A DNA stretch of 32,000 bases from Candidatus Benthortus lauensis (GTDB lineage Archaea > Thermoproteota > Nitrososphaeria_A > Caldarchaeales > Wolframiiraptoraceae): the NCBI GenBank assembly GCA_021650775.1, contig JAHSRM010000015.1, forward strand, positions 1,397-33,396. The letters run 5' to 3'. This document shows, piece after piece, positions 17,917 through 29,472 of this stretch (within the stretch, counting starts at the first letter, position 1; every line of letters starts with the position of its first letter). Position numbers and translations under genes: made by a program. Under the pieces are notes generated by a model that saw only the letters and a program-made list of their open reading frames with translations, was not told where the DNA came from and did no database searches.

Positions 17917-17932
17917 CCATAAATTTAATCTA
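17917..17932. promoter_or_regulatory. Shared AT-rich bidirectional TATA element for the aminotransferase operon (-) and the SWIM gene (+)
   Basis: CCATAAATTTAATCTA has a palindromic core TAAATTTA (17920..17927). The core centre lies about 26 nt from the minus-strand ATG at 17898 and about 27 nt from the plus-strand ATG at 17951, so both transcripts would be leaderless. Confidence 0.5.
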
Positions 17933-17950
17933 TGCCTCAAAGATAGCGGG

Positions 17951-18310
17951 ATGAGTGTTAGGGCGGAGGCCGAGGAGGCGGTCAGGGAGGGCCGTGTCAA
18001 GCTCTATGTCTTTAGGCCCAGTGGGCGCCGTAGGTGGATAGTCGTTGGAAGGCACGGCGACTACCTGGTCCTACCTCACGCAGGATACTGCTCGTGCCAC
18101 GACTTCTTCTTCAGGGTCATGGGAGGCGGGAAGCCGACCTGCTACCACCTGGAGGCCGTCAAGATAGCCCAGGAGACCGGGAGATACGAGACCATAGAGG
18201 AGGAAGACCACTGGCACCAAACCCTAATGGACGAATGGCTCCAGAGAAAACCAACACGGGGCCCCTATACGCACCCCCGAAGAGAAGACCCAGGCCAAGG
18301 AACTGGCGGT

Positions 18311-18319
<9 letters not shown>
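17951..18319 (+). CDS. Small SWIM-type zinc-finger protein
   Basis: The CxCx(n)CxH signature is present as GYCSCHDFFFRVMGGGKPTCYHLEAV. The start is placed at the ATG at 17951 (MSVRAEAEE), in frame with track ORF 17897..18319, on promoter geometry. The last ~25 codons run antisense through the 16S 3' processing stem, and the stop codon (18317..18319) lies inside the 16S 3' end, so the true C-terminus is uncertain. Confidence 0.65.
18251..18296 (-). other. 3'-flank strand of the pre-16S processing helix (carries one bulge of the BHB motif)
   Basis: RNA sense reads GGCCUGG...UCUCUUCGGGGGU-GCGU-AUA-GGGGCCCCGUGUUGG. This is exactly complementary to the 5' flank (19807..19858) apart from two staggered 3-nt bulges. 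Confidence 0.8.
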
Positions 18320-19804
<1,485 letters not shown>

Positions 19805-19806
19805 CT

Positions 19807-19858
19807 GGCCTGGGGAGTAGGCCTCTCTTCGGGGGTTCTGCGTGGGGCCCCGTGTTGG
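19807..19858 (-). other. 5'-flank strand of the pre-16S processing helix (carries the second bulge of the BHB motif)
   Basis: RNA sense reads CCAACACGGGGCCCC-ACGC-AGA-ACCCCCGAAGAGA...CCAGGCC. It pairs with 18251..18296 as 15 bp, then a 3-nt bulge, 4 bp, a 3-nt bulge and 13 bp. Confidence 0.8.
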
Positions 19859-20003
19859 ACCTAAGCGTGTTCTGGGCTTAGGTCCCCATCTTGTGGCCAC
19901 GGGAGGAGGCCGCGCCCTTCATCCTGGGGAGGGTCGCTCCCCTTGTGTCTGGAGCGGTACCGCCGTCGCGCCGTGGCCTCCGGGTATGTTTGTTGTTTGG
20001 TGG

Positions 20004-20011
20004 CTTATAAG
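20004..20011 (-). promoter_or_regulatory. Candidate TATA box of the 16S rRNA promoter, overlapping the stop codon of the upstream methyltransferase gene
   Basis: Palindromic CTTATAAG is preceded on the minus strand by an A-rich BRE-like GAAAAAATA. It is the only AT-rich patch between the THUMP gene and the processing stem, and would give a leader of about 120 nt before the stem. Confidence 0.4.
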
Positions 20012-21153
20012 TATTTTTTCTGGGCTGTTATTATGGTGGCTCTTAGGGTTCCGTGCATGGTTTGGCGGGTGCTGGTGGCTTGGTAGCCTGTTTTCTGGAG
20101 GGTTCTGGCGAATACCGTGGGCTTGGAGACTATGGCCGTCAGCTTGGCGTTTGGGGCGGCTTTGCCGAGGCTCTCGAGGAAGCGTTGGTAGAAGCGTTCT
20201 ATGTCGCTTACCCCCATCCTGAGGCCGTAGGGAGGGTTGGTAACCACGTGCTCTGGCTCCCAGTCCAGCCACTCCCACATCCTCAGGGCGTCCCTGACCT
20301 CTAGGGATAGAGCCTCCGCAACCCCGGCCTTCTCGGCATTCCTCCTGGCACCCTCTACGCTCTTGGGCGAGGCGTCGGAGCCCCAGACCCTTATCTCCCG
20401 CCTCTCCATGGAGGCCTTAAGCCTCCCGGCTATCTCTTCGACCTCCCCTTCATCTACCATGATGAGCCTCCTGAGGGCCAGGTTGTCCCGCATCAGGCCT
20501 GGGGGTATCCTCCACGCCTTCAGGGCCGCCTCTATGGGTATGGTTCCGCCGCCGCACATGGGGTCGAGTAGGCCCTCATCCTCCCTCCAGCCAGCTATCC
20601 TGAGCATTCCCGAGGCTATCACCGGGTTGAGGGCGGCCCTGTGGTGGAAGACCCTGTAGTATCGTCTGTGGAGGGAGTGGCCTGTGGTGTTGAGGCCTAT
20701 GAGTAGCTCATGGTCCCTTAGGAGGCAGTAGAGCTCCACGTCGGGTTCGTCGAGGTTCACCCTCAGCCTGACCCCTGACTCGTCCCTGAACCTGTTGATG
20801 ACGGCCCTCCCAACGGTGGCCGCAATATCCATGCTCGTGAAGGGGTAGTGCTTGGAGTGCCGCTCGGCCCTGACTGCGAAGCTCTGCTCCCTCCCTATGA
20901 ACTCGGTGTAATCCACGCCGTAGGCGGCCCTATAGATGTCCTCGAGGCTCTCGACCCTCTCCCTGACCAGGAGCAGGAAGACCCTATGAAGCATCTTGGA
21001 CGCCATGTTGAGGGCTATGGCCTGGCCCAGGCTCGCCTCGAAGAAGATTTTACCCACGTCGGGACTCGCCTCCAGGCCCGTAATCTCCCTGAACTCCTCG
21101 GCCGCCAGGTCCTCCAGACCAGTTACAGTCGTTGCGAAGAACCTGTATCTCAA
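20005..21153 (-). CDS. THUMP-domain RNA (guanine-N2)-methyltransferase (Trm14 / RlmL-like)
   Basis: 382 aa. It has an N-terminal ferredoxin-like/THUMP region, SAM motif I (LLDPMCGGGTIPIEAA) and catalytic motif IV (VVTNPPYG). Confidence 0.85.
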   Translation of the reverse strand: MRYRFFATTVTGLEDLAAEEFREITGLEASPDVGKIFFEASLGQAIALNMASKMLHRVFLLLVRERVESLEDIYRAAYGVDYTEFIGREQSFAVRAERHSKHYPFTSMDIAATVGRAVINRFRDESGVRLRVNLDEPDVELYCLLRDHELLIGLNTTGHSLHRRYYRVFHHRAALNPVIASGMLRIAGWREDEGLLDPMCGGGTIPIEAALKAWRIPPGLMRDNLALRRLIMVDEGEVEEIAGRLKASMERREIRVWGSDASPKSVEGARRNAEKAGVAEALSLEVRDALRMWEWLDWEPEHVVTNPPYGLRMGVSDIERFYQRFLESLGKAAPNAKLTAIVSKPTVFARTLQKTGYQATSTRQTMHGTLRATIITAQKKYL

Positions 21154-21165
21154 GGCTCTCGAGGC

Positions 21166-21480
21166 TCAGCGCCTCAGCCTTCTAAGTAGCTCGACATCCA
21201 GCCTCCCATAGGTCCTGTATATCTGGACTGCCAGGATTAGGGCCACGGCCGTTATGGCCGCTCCAACCGTTAGGGAGAGGAGGACGAAGCTCAGGCCGAG
21301 TGGGTCCACTCCTGCGGGAGTGTAGGCGAAGGCCACGAAGTTCAGGTTCGCCGCATTAACCATAAGCTCTATCGCTATCACCTGCTTTATCACGTTCCTC
21401 TTAGTGGCCAGGCAGTAGACGCCTATCGTGAAGATTAGGGCTGCCACCAGAGGGTAATAGAATGTTGGCAGGGCCATCAC
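21166..21480 (-). CDS. NuoK / MnhC-like small membrane subunit (complex I subunit K family)
   Basis: 104 aa with three TM segments. The family core is RNVIKQVIAIELMVNAANLNFVAFA, and the C-terminus is YRTYGRLDVELLRRLRR. Confidence 0.75.
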   Translation of the reverse strand: MMALPTFYYPLVAALIFTIGVYCLATKRNVIKQVIAIELMVNAANLNFVAFAYTPAGVDPLGLSFVLLSLTVGAAITAVALILAVQIYRTYGRLDVELLRRLRR

Positions 21481-21737
21481 TCACCCCTCCTCAGCAACGT
21501 GGGTAAGGATACGGCTAGGGCCACGGCCACGAGTATGAGGGCCACGAGGGCTGGGAAGAGGTTCCTCCAGATATACTCTGCCATGGATGCTCCGAGCATT
21601 TGTAGGTCGCCTGGATTCACCAGCTCGCTCGTCCTCCTCCACGCAAGGTGGATGGGCGGGTTGCTGGCAAGGCTGAAGAAGAGTATGAAGGCGAAGAAGA
21701 TGGAGGTTATGGAGCCTATTAGCTCTGAGACCCTCAC
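21477..21737 (-). CDS. Small membrane protein resembling the C-terminal half of NuoJ
   Basis: 86 aa, overlapping both neighbours by 4 nt. It has an N-terminal TM segment and a C-terminal TM segment (LFPALVALILVAVALAVSL), in the position expected for the second half of a split NuoJ. The assignment rests on context and pattern only. Confidence 0.5.
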   Translation of the reverse strand: MRVSELIGSITSIFFAFILFFSLASNPPIHLAWRRTSELVNPGDLQMLGASMAEYIWRNLFPALVALILVAVALAVSLPTLLRRGE

Positions 21738-21982
21738 TCCTCCTCCCTCCCCTTCGTAAGCATGATAACCATCAGGAGAAGGGCTATGGCGGCGCCTGCA
21801 TATATCAGGAGGACGAGTAGGCCGAGGTAGGCGGCGCTGAGAAGTATGAAGATTGCTCCGAGGGCTATGGTGAATATGAGGAACCCTATGACGGCCCGTG
21901 TCAGCCTCTCCGACTCAACTGCTACGAGGGATGCGGCGACCAGCACCACCAGCAACACCGATTCAACTGCCTCCAGAGCCAT
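21734..21982 (-). CDS. Small membrane protein resembling the N-terminal half of NuoJ
   Basis: The pattern LLSAAYLGLLVLLIYAGAAIALLLMVIMLTKG matches the conserved NuoJ (V/I)YAGA(I)xVLFLFVxM region. The start is placed at the ATG at 21982 (MALEAV), about 25 nt downstream of a minus-strand CCTTTTATGG box. The track ORF starts at 22009. Confidence 0.55.
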   Translation of the reverse strand: MALEAVESVLLVVLVAASLVAVESERLTRAVIGFLIFTIALGAIFILLSAAYLGLLVLLIYAGAAIALLLMVIMLTKGREEE

Positions 21983-22024
21983 CCCCCCGAACCCATGAAG
22001 AATCACCATAAAAGGTTTTCAATC

Positions 22025-23188
22025 CTATGTGTGTATCTCTACTATGTCTCCATCCTCGAGCCTATGGTCTGGGCCGACCTGTTGTCCCTGGAGCTTGACC
22101 GACCTTCCCCAGACCCTCGCATACCTCATCTTCTCTGCTATCTCCCTGTGGATTATCTCTGCCAGCTCCCTGACGGTCGTTCCCTTCCTGACGACTATGG
22201 GCTCGTTCGCCACGACGCCGTTCTTCTGGGTGTAGACCCTGATTAGCTGGAGGGACTCGAGTATCCTATCCCTAAGCGATTCAAGGCCCGTCATCTTCTC
22301 CGCCGAGACCACCGTGAACGGTATCCCGTGTTCTCCCAGGAATCTCTCAAGGGTCTTCACCGTCTCGGGGTCTGCCAGGTCGGCCTTGTTCAGGACTATC
22401 ACGGCCTTCTTGACCATAACCTCCCTCAGAACCGCCTCCTCTATGTCATCAAGCTCCGCATCCCCATACACCTTCACCACAGCATTCCTAATCCCTATGC
22501 TCCTCAGGAGCTCCTCTATCTCGCCATAACCTGCCTTAAGGTTCCCGAAGACCACCAGCCTAATCCCCCCACTATCCTTCTTCTCAACCCTGACCTCAGC
22601 CCTCCTAGGCTTTATGCTTACACCGACCTCATCCAAGAGCTCGATGATTCTGCTGAGCTGGGTTAAGGGACGGTTCGCGCCATCCAGGACTATCATGAGT
22701 GCGTCGGCGTTCTTGGCTAGTCCCAGGCCCCTCCCCGTGAACTGGGTCTCCTCCAGGTCCTCGGTCAGTATCGCTGGGACCTCGACCAACTGTATCTCGT
22801 ATCCTTGGTGGAGGAGCATCCCGGGGGTTGGCTTGGGCGTGGAGAAGGGGTAGGATGCGATTAGGGGCTTGGCGTTCGTCAAGGCCCTCAGTATGGAGGA
22901 CTTCCCAGAGTTCGCAGCACCTATTATAGCCACCTGGGCGTGGCCTTCCCTCGGCACCGTGAAGTGGTCCCTTCTACCCGACCTGGCCGCAGCCCTACGC
23001 TCCTCCTCCCTCCTAAGCTCGGCTATCCTCCTCCTCAGCCTACCCCTAAGCTTCTCGGTCCCCTTATGGGCGGGAATCAGGCTCAAGGCCTCCTCAAGGG
23101 CCCTAATCTTCTCCCTAGGTGTCCTGGCTGCCTGATACTTGGCAAGGGCCTTCTGGGCCTCGGCGGGCAGGTTTGCAGGCATCCCCAT
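22025..23188 (-). CDS. DRG/Obg-family GTPase with C-terminal TGS domain (divergent G3 motif)
   Basis: 387 aa with G1 GAANSGKSS, G4 LNKAD and a C-terminal TGS domain (IRVYTQKNG...DGDIVEIHT). Where the family has DLPG (G3) this protein reads EVPA. The start could alternatively be the ATG at 23182. Confidence 0.82.
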   Translation of the reverse strand: MGMPANLPAEAQKALAKYQAARTPREKIRALEEALSLIPAHKGTEKLRGRLRRRIAELRREEERRAAARSGRRDHFTVPREGHAQVAIIGAANSGKSSILRALTNAKPLIASYPFSTPKPTPGMLLHQGYEIQLVEVPAILTEDLEETQFTGRGLGLAKNADALMIVLDGANRPLTQLSRIIELLDEVGVSIKPRRAEVRVEKKDSGGIRLVVFGNLKAGYGEIEELLRSIGIRNAVVKVYGDAELDDIEEAVLREVMVKKAVIVLNKADLADPETVKTLERFLGEHGIPFTVVSAEKMTGLESLRDRILESLQLIRVYTQKNGVVANEPIVVRKGTTVRELAEIIHREIAEKMRYARVWGRSVKLQGQQVGPDHRLEDGDIVEIHT

Positions 23189-23254
23189 TCATCAAGCCGG
23201 GAACCTGGATATAAACTCAGGAACCCTGAGGGATTAAATTCTGGGAGCGTTTGG

Positions 23255-25147
23255 TTGGTTGGGGAGGGTTGGGGCCTGGTTTATCGGAGGGTTCTCGAGG
23301 AGGCTGCCAGGCTTCTTAGGGAGGCTGGGGTCGAGGCCCCCAGGGTCGAGGCCCCCAGGAACTTCAGGTATGGTGAGGCATCGTTCTCGGTCTTCGAGCT
23401 GGCCAGGAGGCTTGGCCGCAACCCGGCAGAGCTGGCAAGGGATATAGCTGGGAGGATTAGGGTTGGGGGCCTGATATCCGGGGTCGAGGCGGTCGGCGGA
23501 TACATCAACTTCAGGGTTGATTGGAGGAGGTATGCGTCCCTAATAGTCTCCACGATTCTCTCTGAGTCCGAGCGTTATGGCTCGGCTGACCTGGGCGTTG
23601 GGAAGCACGTGCTAATCGAGCATACGAGCGTGAACCCTAACAAGCCTCTCCACGTTGGGCATGCCAGAAACGTCTGCCTAGGCGACACCCTCAACAGGCT
23701 CCTAACCTTCCTGGGATACAGGGTAACCGTCCTCAACTACATAGACGACAGCGGGGCCCAGATGGCGGACGTGGTGCTGGGCTTCACCGAGCTGGGATAC
23801 AGTATGGAGCCGCCTGAGGGCGTGAGGTTCGATGAATACTGCGGCGACACGGTGTATGTGAAGGTCTCAGCCATGGTTGATGAGGACCCGGGGTTGGCCG
23901 AGAAGAGGAGGAGGATTGCCAAGGCGATAGAGTCGGGTGAGGCGCCCTACTACCAAATCAACAAGAAGGTGGTGGACAGGGTTCTGGGGGACCAGCTCAG
24001 GACCTGCTGGAGGATTGGGGCGAGATACGATATACTGAACATGGAGAGCGACATACTCCGCCTAGACCTCTGGAGCGAGGTCTTCGAGAGACTGAGGGAG
24101 AGGGGTGCGGTCTACCTGGCCGAGGAGGGTGCCAAGAAGGGGTGCTGGCTCCTCGACCTCTCAGGGCATCCAAGGCTCTCCAAGGAGGGGGACGAGGTGC
24201 TGGTGAAGAGTGATGGTGCGACAACCTACGTTGCGAGGGACATCGCCTACGCTGCATGGAAGCTCGGCGGAGTTAGGAGGGACTTCACCTACCGTCTCTG
24301 GGGGAGAAACCCTGATGGAACCGAGATACTCGTAACAGATAGGGATGGGGACTTGAGGAGGCCGATAGGAGAGGTAGACCTGTCCATAAACGTTATCGAT
24401 GTAAGGCAGACGAGGCCCCAGGAGATAGTGAGGTATGCCCTGAAGCTCCTCGGCCTACCCCATGAACGATACATCCACTACGGGTATGAGGTGGTGGCCC
24501 TGAGTGTGAGCGATGCGGTCAAGCTGGGATACAGGCCGAGGGGAGGCGAGCAGATGGTCCACATGAGCGGTAGGAGGGGACTCTACGTGAAGGCCGACAC
24601 CCTACTCGACATGCTCCGAGAGAAGGCCGCCGAGGAGACACGGGAAAGACACCCTGACTGGAGCCAAGAGAAGGTAGAGTCGGTGGCAGAGAAAATCGCC
24701 GTAGGAGCCCTGCGGTATGCGCTTGTGAAGCCTGACCCAGACAAGCTGATAGTCTTGGACACGGGTGAGATTATGCGTCTGGAGGGGAACACGGGGCCAT
24801 ACCTCCAATACTCTTACGCCCGTGCATGCAGGATATTGGAGAAGGCTGAGACGAGTCCATCGTGGGAGGTGGATGGGGATGTTGGGGAGGCTGAGAAGAA
24901 TCTCCTCAGGATGCTTGCATCATTCCCGGATGCGGTGGAGGAGGCTGGGAGAAACCTCTCACCCAAAACCTTGGCAAACTATGCCTACAAGCTCGCCTCC
25001 GAGTTCAACAACTTCTATGAGCGGGTCCCCGTCCTCCACGCACCCGAAGGTGTAAGAGAATTTAGGCTGGGTGTGGTCGAGTCATTCAGGATTGTTCTGG
25101 GTAATGCCATGAGGATTTTAGGGATACCTGTCCTCGAGGAGATGTAG
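23255..25147 (+). CDS. argS: Arginyl-tRNA synthetase
   Basis: Has the class I HIGH region (NPNKPLHVGHARN), a DALR-type anticodon-binding C-terminus and the typical terminal Met (...VLEEM). The track ORF (22940..) runs antisense over the DRG gene, so I place the start at the TTG at 23255, downstream of GGATATAAAC and a GGGAG Shine-Dalgarno-like element. The start is uncertain by a few codons. Confidence 0.85.
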   Translation: MVGEGWGLVYRRVLEEAARLLREAGVEAPRVEAPRNFRYGEASFSVFELARRLGRNPAELARDIAGRIRVGGLISGVEAVGGYINFRVDWRRYASLIVSTILSESERYGSADLGVGKHVLIEHTSVNPNKPLHVGHARNVCLGDTLNRLLTFLGYRVTVLNYIDDSGAQMADVVLGFTELGYSMEPPEGVRFDEYCGDTVYVKVSAMVDEDPGLAEKRRRIAKAIESGEAPYYQINKKVVDRVLGDQLRTCWRIGARYDILNMESDILRLDLWSEVFERLRERGAVYLAEEGAKKGCWLLDLSGHPRLSKEGDEVLVKSDGATTYVARDIAYAAWKLGGVRRDFTYRLWGRNPDGTEILVTDRDGDLRRPIGEVDLSINVIDVRQTRPQEIVRYALKLLGLPHERYIHYGYEVVALSVSDAVKLGYRPRGGEQMVHMSGRRGLYVKADTLLDMLREKAAEETRERHPDWSQEKVESVAEKIAVGALRYALVKPDPDKLIVLDTGEIMRLEGNTGPYLQYSYARACRILEKAETSPSWEVDGDVGEAEKNLLRMLASFPDAVEEAGRNLSPKTLANYAYKLASEFNNFYERVPVLHAPEGVREFRLGVVESFRIVLGNAMRILGIPVLEEM

Positions 25148-25149
25148 GC

Positions 25150-27908
<2,759 letters not shown>

Positions 27909-27964
27909 ATAACCACCTCCTAAACCTGTAAATTCCCGTAATAGTTAATAACCTTATCCCGTGT

Positions 27965-29044
27965 TCAAGGTAGCTGGATTCTCAGAATCTTGTCGTCTCC
28001 GGGCTTCGGCCTCCCCCTCCCATCCCTATTACTCGTGGCCACGAGAACACCTCCATCAGGGGCCGGGACCACGTCCCTCAGCCTCCCGAACTCGCCTACG
28101 AAGAGGCTCTCAACATCGCCGACTGATTCTCCATCAAACCTTAAGCGGATGAGCCGCTCACCCCTGAGGCATGCGATTAGGAAGTGGTCTCCCAGGAATG
28201 ATGCACCCGATGGTGCGACGCTGACGGGGCCGAAGTCGATTAATGGTCTCCTGCCATTCTCCCCGCCCAAGGTTCCTGTCGCAAGGGGCCAGCCATAGTT
28301 TTCGCCCGGAAGTATGAGGTTCACCTCGTCATGACCTATTGGGCCGTGCTCGGATGAGAGTAACGCCCCGGACCTGTGCCAGTCTATTCCCTGGGGGTTT
28401 CTGTGGCCGTAGCTGTAGATGGGGCTTCCTGGGAAGGGGTTGTCGGATGGTATGGAGCCGTCGTCCTCGACCCTGAGTATCTTGCCTGCCAGGGAGTTTA
28501 GGTCTTGCGAGAGGCTGGGCTGGGCGGCATCACCCGTGGTTATGTAAAGCATTCCATCTGGGCCGAACCTTATCCTACCTCCATCATGGATGGCTGCCCC
28601 AGGTATGCCGTCGATTATGGTCTCTATGCTGGTTAGGGTGAGCCTTGATGCGTCAAATCTCCCTGCGATAACCCTGTTCATGATTTCCCCGTTCCTGAAG
28701 TAGCTCATGTAGAGGTATAGCCTGGGTCTTGAGAGACGGTCTGGGTGGAGTGCTATTCCGAGAAGACCTGCCTCACCCACGGCCGCCACCTCGAACTCCT
28801 TCACGAGCCTCTTCTCACCCCCACGTATCATCAGAAGCATCCCAATCCTCTCCGACACAAGCAATCCATCATCCAGCAAGGCTATACTCCACGGAACCTC
28901 CAAGCCCTCCGCAACAACCTCAACCTCGGCATCAACACCCTCTCCAACAGCATACTCAGGTCTAAGGAACCTATATCCCATGAAACCTGCCAGCAGGAGC
29001 GCTCCCACACCGCCCAGAACCTTCAGCATCCTCCTCCTATCCAT
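27965..29044 (-). CDS. PQQ-dependent sugar (glucose/sorbosone) dehydrogenase family beta-propeller, with a Tat-like signal/anchor
   Basis: Family motifs are GLLGIALHPD, DGMLYITTGD, IYSYGHRNPQG and GPIGHDEVNLI..GENYGWP. I place the start at the ATG at 29044, giving MDRRRMLKVLGGVGALLLAG (twin-arginine plus hydrophobic stretch). The track ORF begins at 29065. Confidence 0.82.
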   Translation of the reverse strand: MDRRRMLKVLGGVGALLLAGFMGYRFLRPEYAVGEGVDAEVEVVAEGLEVPWSIALLDDGLLVSERIGMLLMIRGGEKRLVKEFEVAAVGEAGLLGIALHPDRLSRPRLYLYMSYFRNGEIMNRVIAGRFDASRLTLTSIETIIDGIPGAAIHDGGRIRFGPDGMLYITTGDAAQPSLSQDLNSLAGKILRVEDDGSIPSDNPFPGSPIYSYGHRNPQGIDWHRSGALLSSEHGPIGHDEVNLILPGENYGWPLATGTLGGENGRRPLIDFGPVSVAPSGASFLGDHFLIACLRGERLIRLRFDGESVGDVESLFVGEFGRLRDVVPAPDGGVLVATSNRDGRGRPKPGDDKILRIQLP

Positions 29045-29099
29045 CACCACCCCACTGGTCATCAAACCCTTAATACTTTCCAGGCTACCTCTATAGGTG

Positions 29100-29441
29100 A
29101 TGAGTAGGATTCGGAGAGGTAGGAGACGCGATATTCTCCCGGGCGAGGACCTGGAGCTGGTGGAGGATTATGGGGAGATTGTTAGGAGGGCGAGGATGGA
29201 GATGGGTCTCAGCCAGGAAGACTTGGCGCAGATGCTTAACGAGAAGCTTACGATAGTTAAGAAGATTGAGTCAGGGGAGTTCAGGCCTTCCCTCGACCTG
29301 GCCCGAAAGATTGAGAGAACCCTAAACATACGTATCCTCGTCCCGGTTGAGGAGCCTGAGGAAACCCCTTACACGGGGGTTGGGAAACCCTCTACGGGAG
29401 TAAGCCTCGGAGACCTCCTCAAGAAAGGTAGGGAGAGGTAA
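29100..29441 (+). CDS. mbf1: MBF1-type helix-turn-helix protein (archaeal multiprotein bridging factor 1-like), lacking the usual N-terminal zinc ribbon
   Basis: Has a Cro/C1-type HTH (IVRRARMEMGLSQEDLAQMLNEKLTIVKKIESGEFRPSLDLARKIERTL) and a C-terminal TGVSLGDLL tail. A TATA-like CCTTAATAC about 25 nt upstream favours the ATG at 29100; the track uses the GTG at 29097. Confidence 0.72.
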   Translation: MSRIRRGRRRDILPGEDLELVEDYGEIVRRARMEMGLSQEDLAQMLNEKLTIVKKIESGEFRPSLDLARKIERTLNIRILVPVEEPEETPYTGVGKPSTGVSLGDLLKKGRER

Positions 29442-29472
29442 AGGTTTAAGGAGGGGCCACGCATCCTCAGGC

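Noticed and set aside
17899-18000. 34-codon N-terminal extension of the aminotransferase ORF (MTRPSLTASSAS...), and the 17897 start of the SWIM ORF
   Set aside because: The extension is low-complexity and runs across the shared TATA element. The internal ATGs at 17898 (-) and 17951 (+) fit leaderless promoter spacing and the usual family N-termini.
19842-20659. ORFs 19842..20222 (+), 19919..20278 (-), 20053..20304 (+) and 20237..20659 (+)
   Set aside because: They overlap the rRNA leader and the THUMP methyltransferase CDS, which has clear SAM and NPPY motifs. The translations are low-complexity.
22940-23254. 105-codon N-terminal extension of the ArgRS ORF in the track
   Set aside because: It runs antisense across the 5' end of the DRG-type GTPase gene and through the divergent promoter region. 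The sequence is Pro/Leu/Gly-rich and unlike ArgRS. The start was moved to the TTG at 23255.
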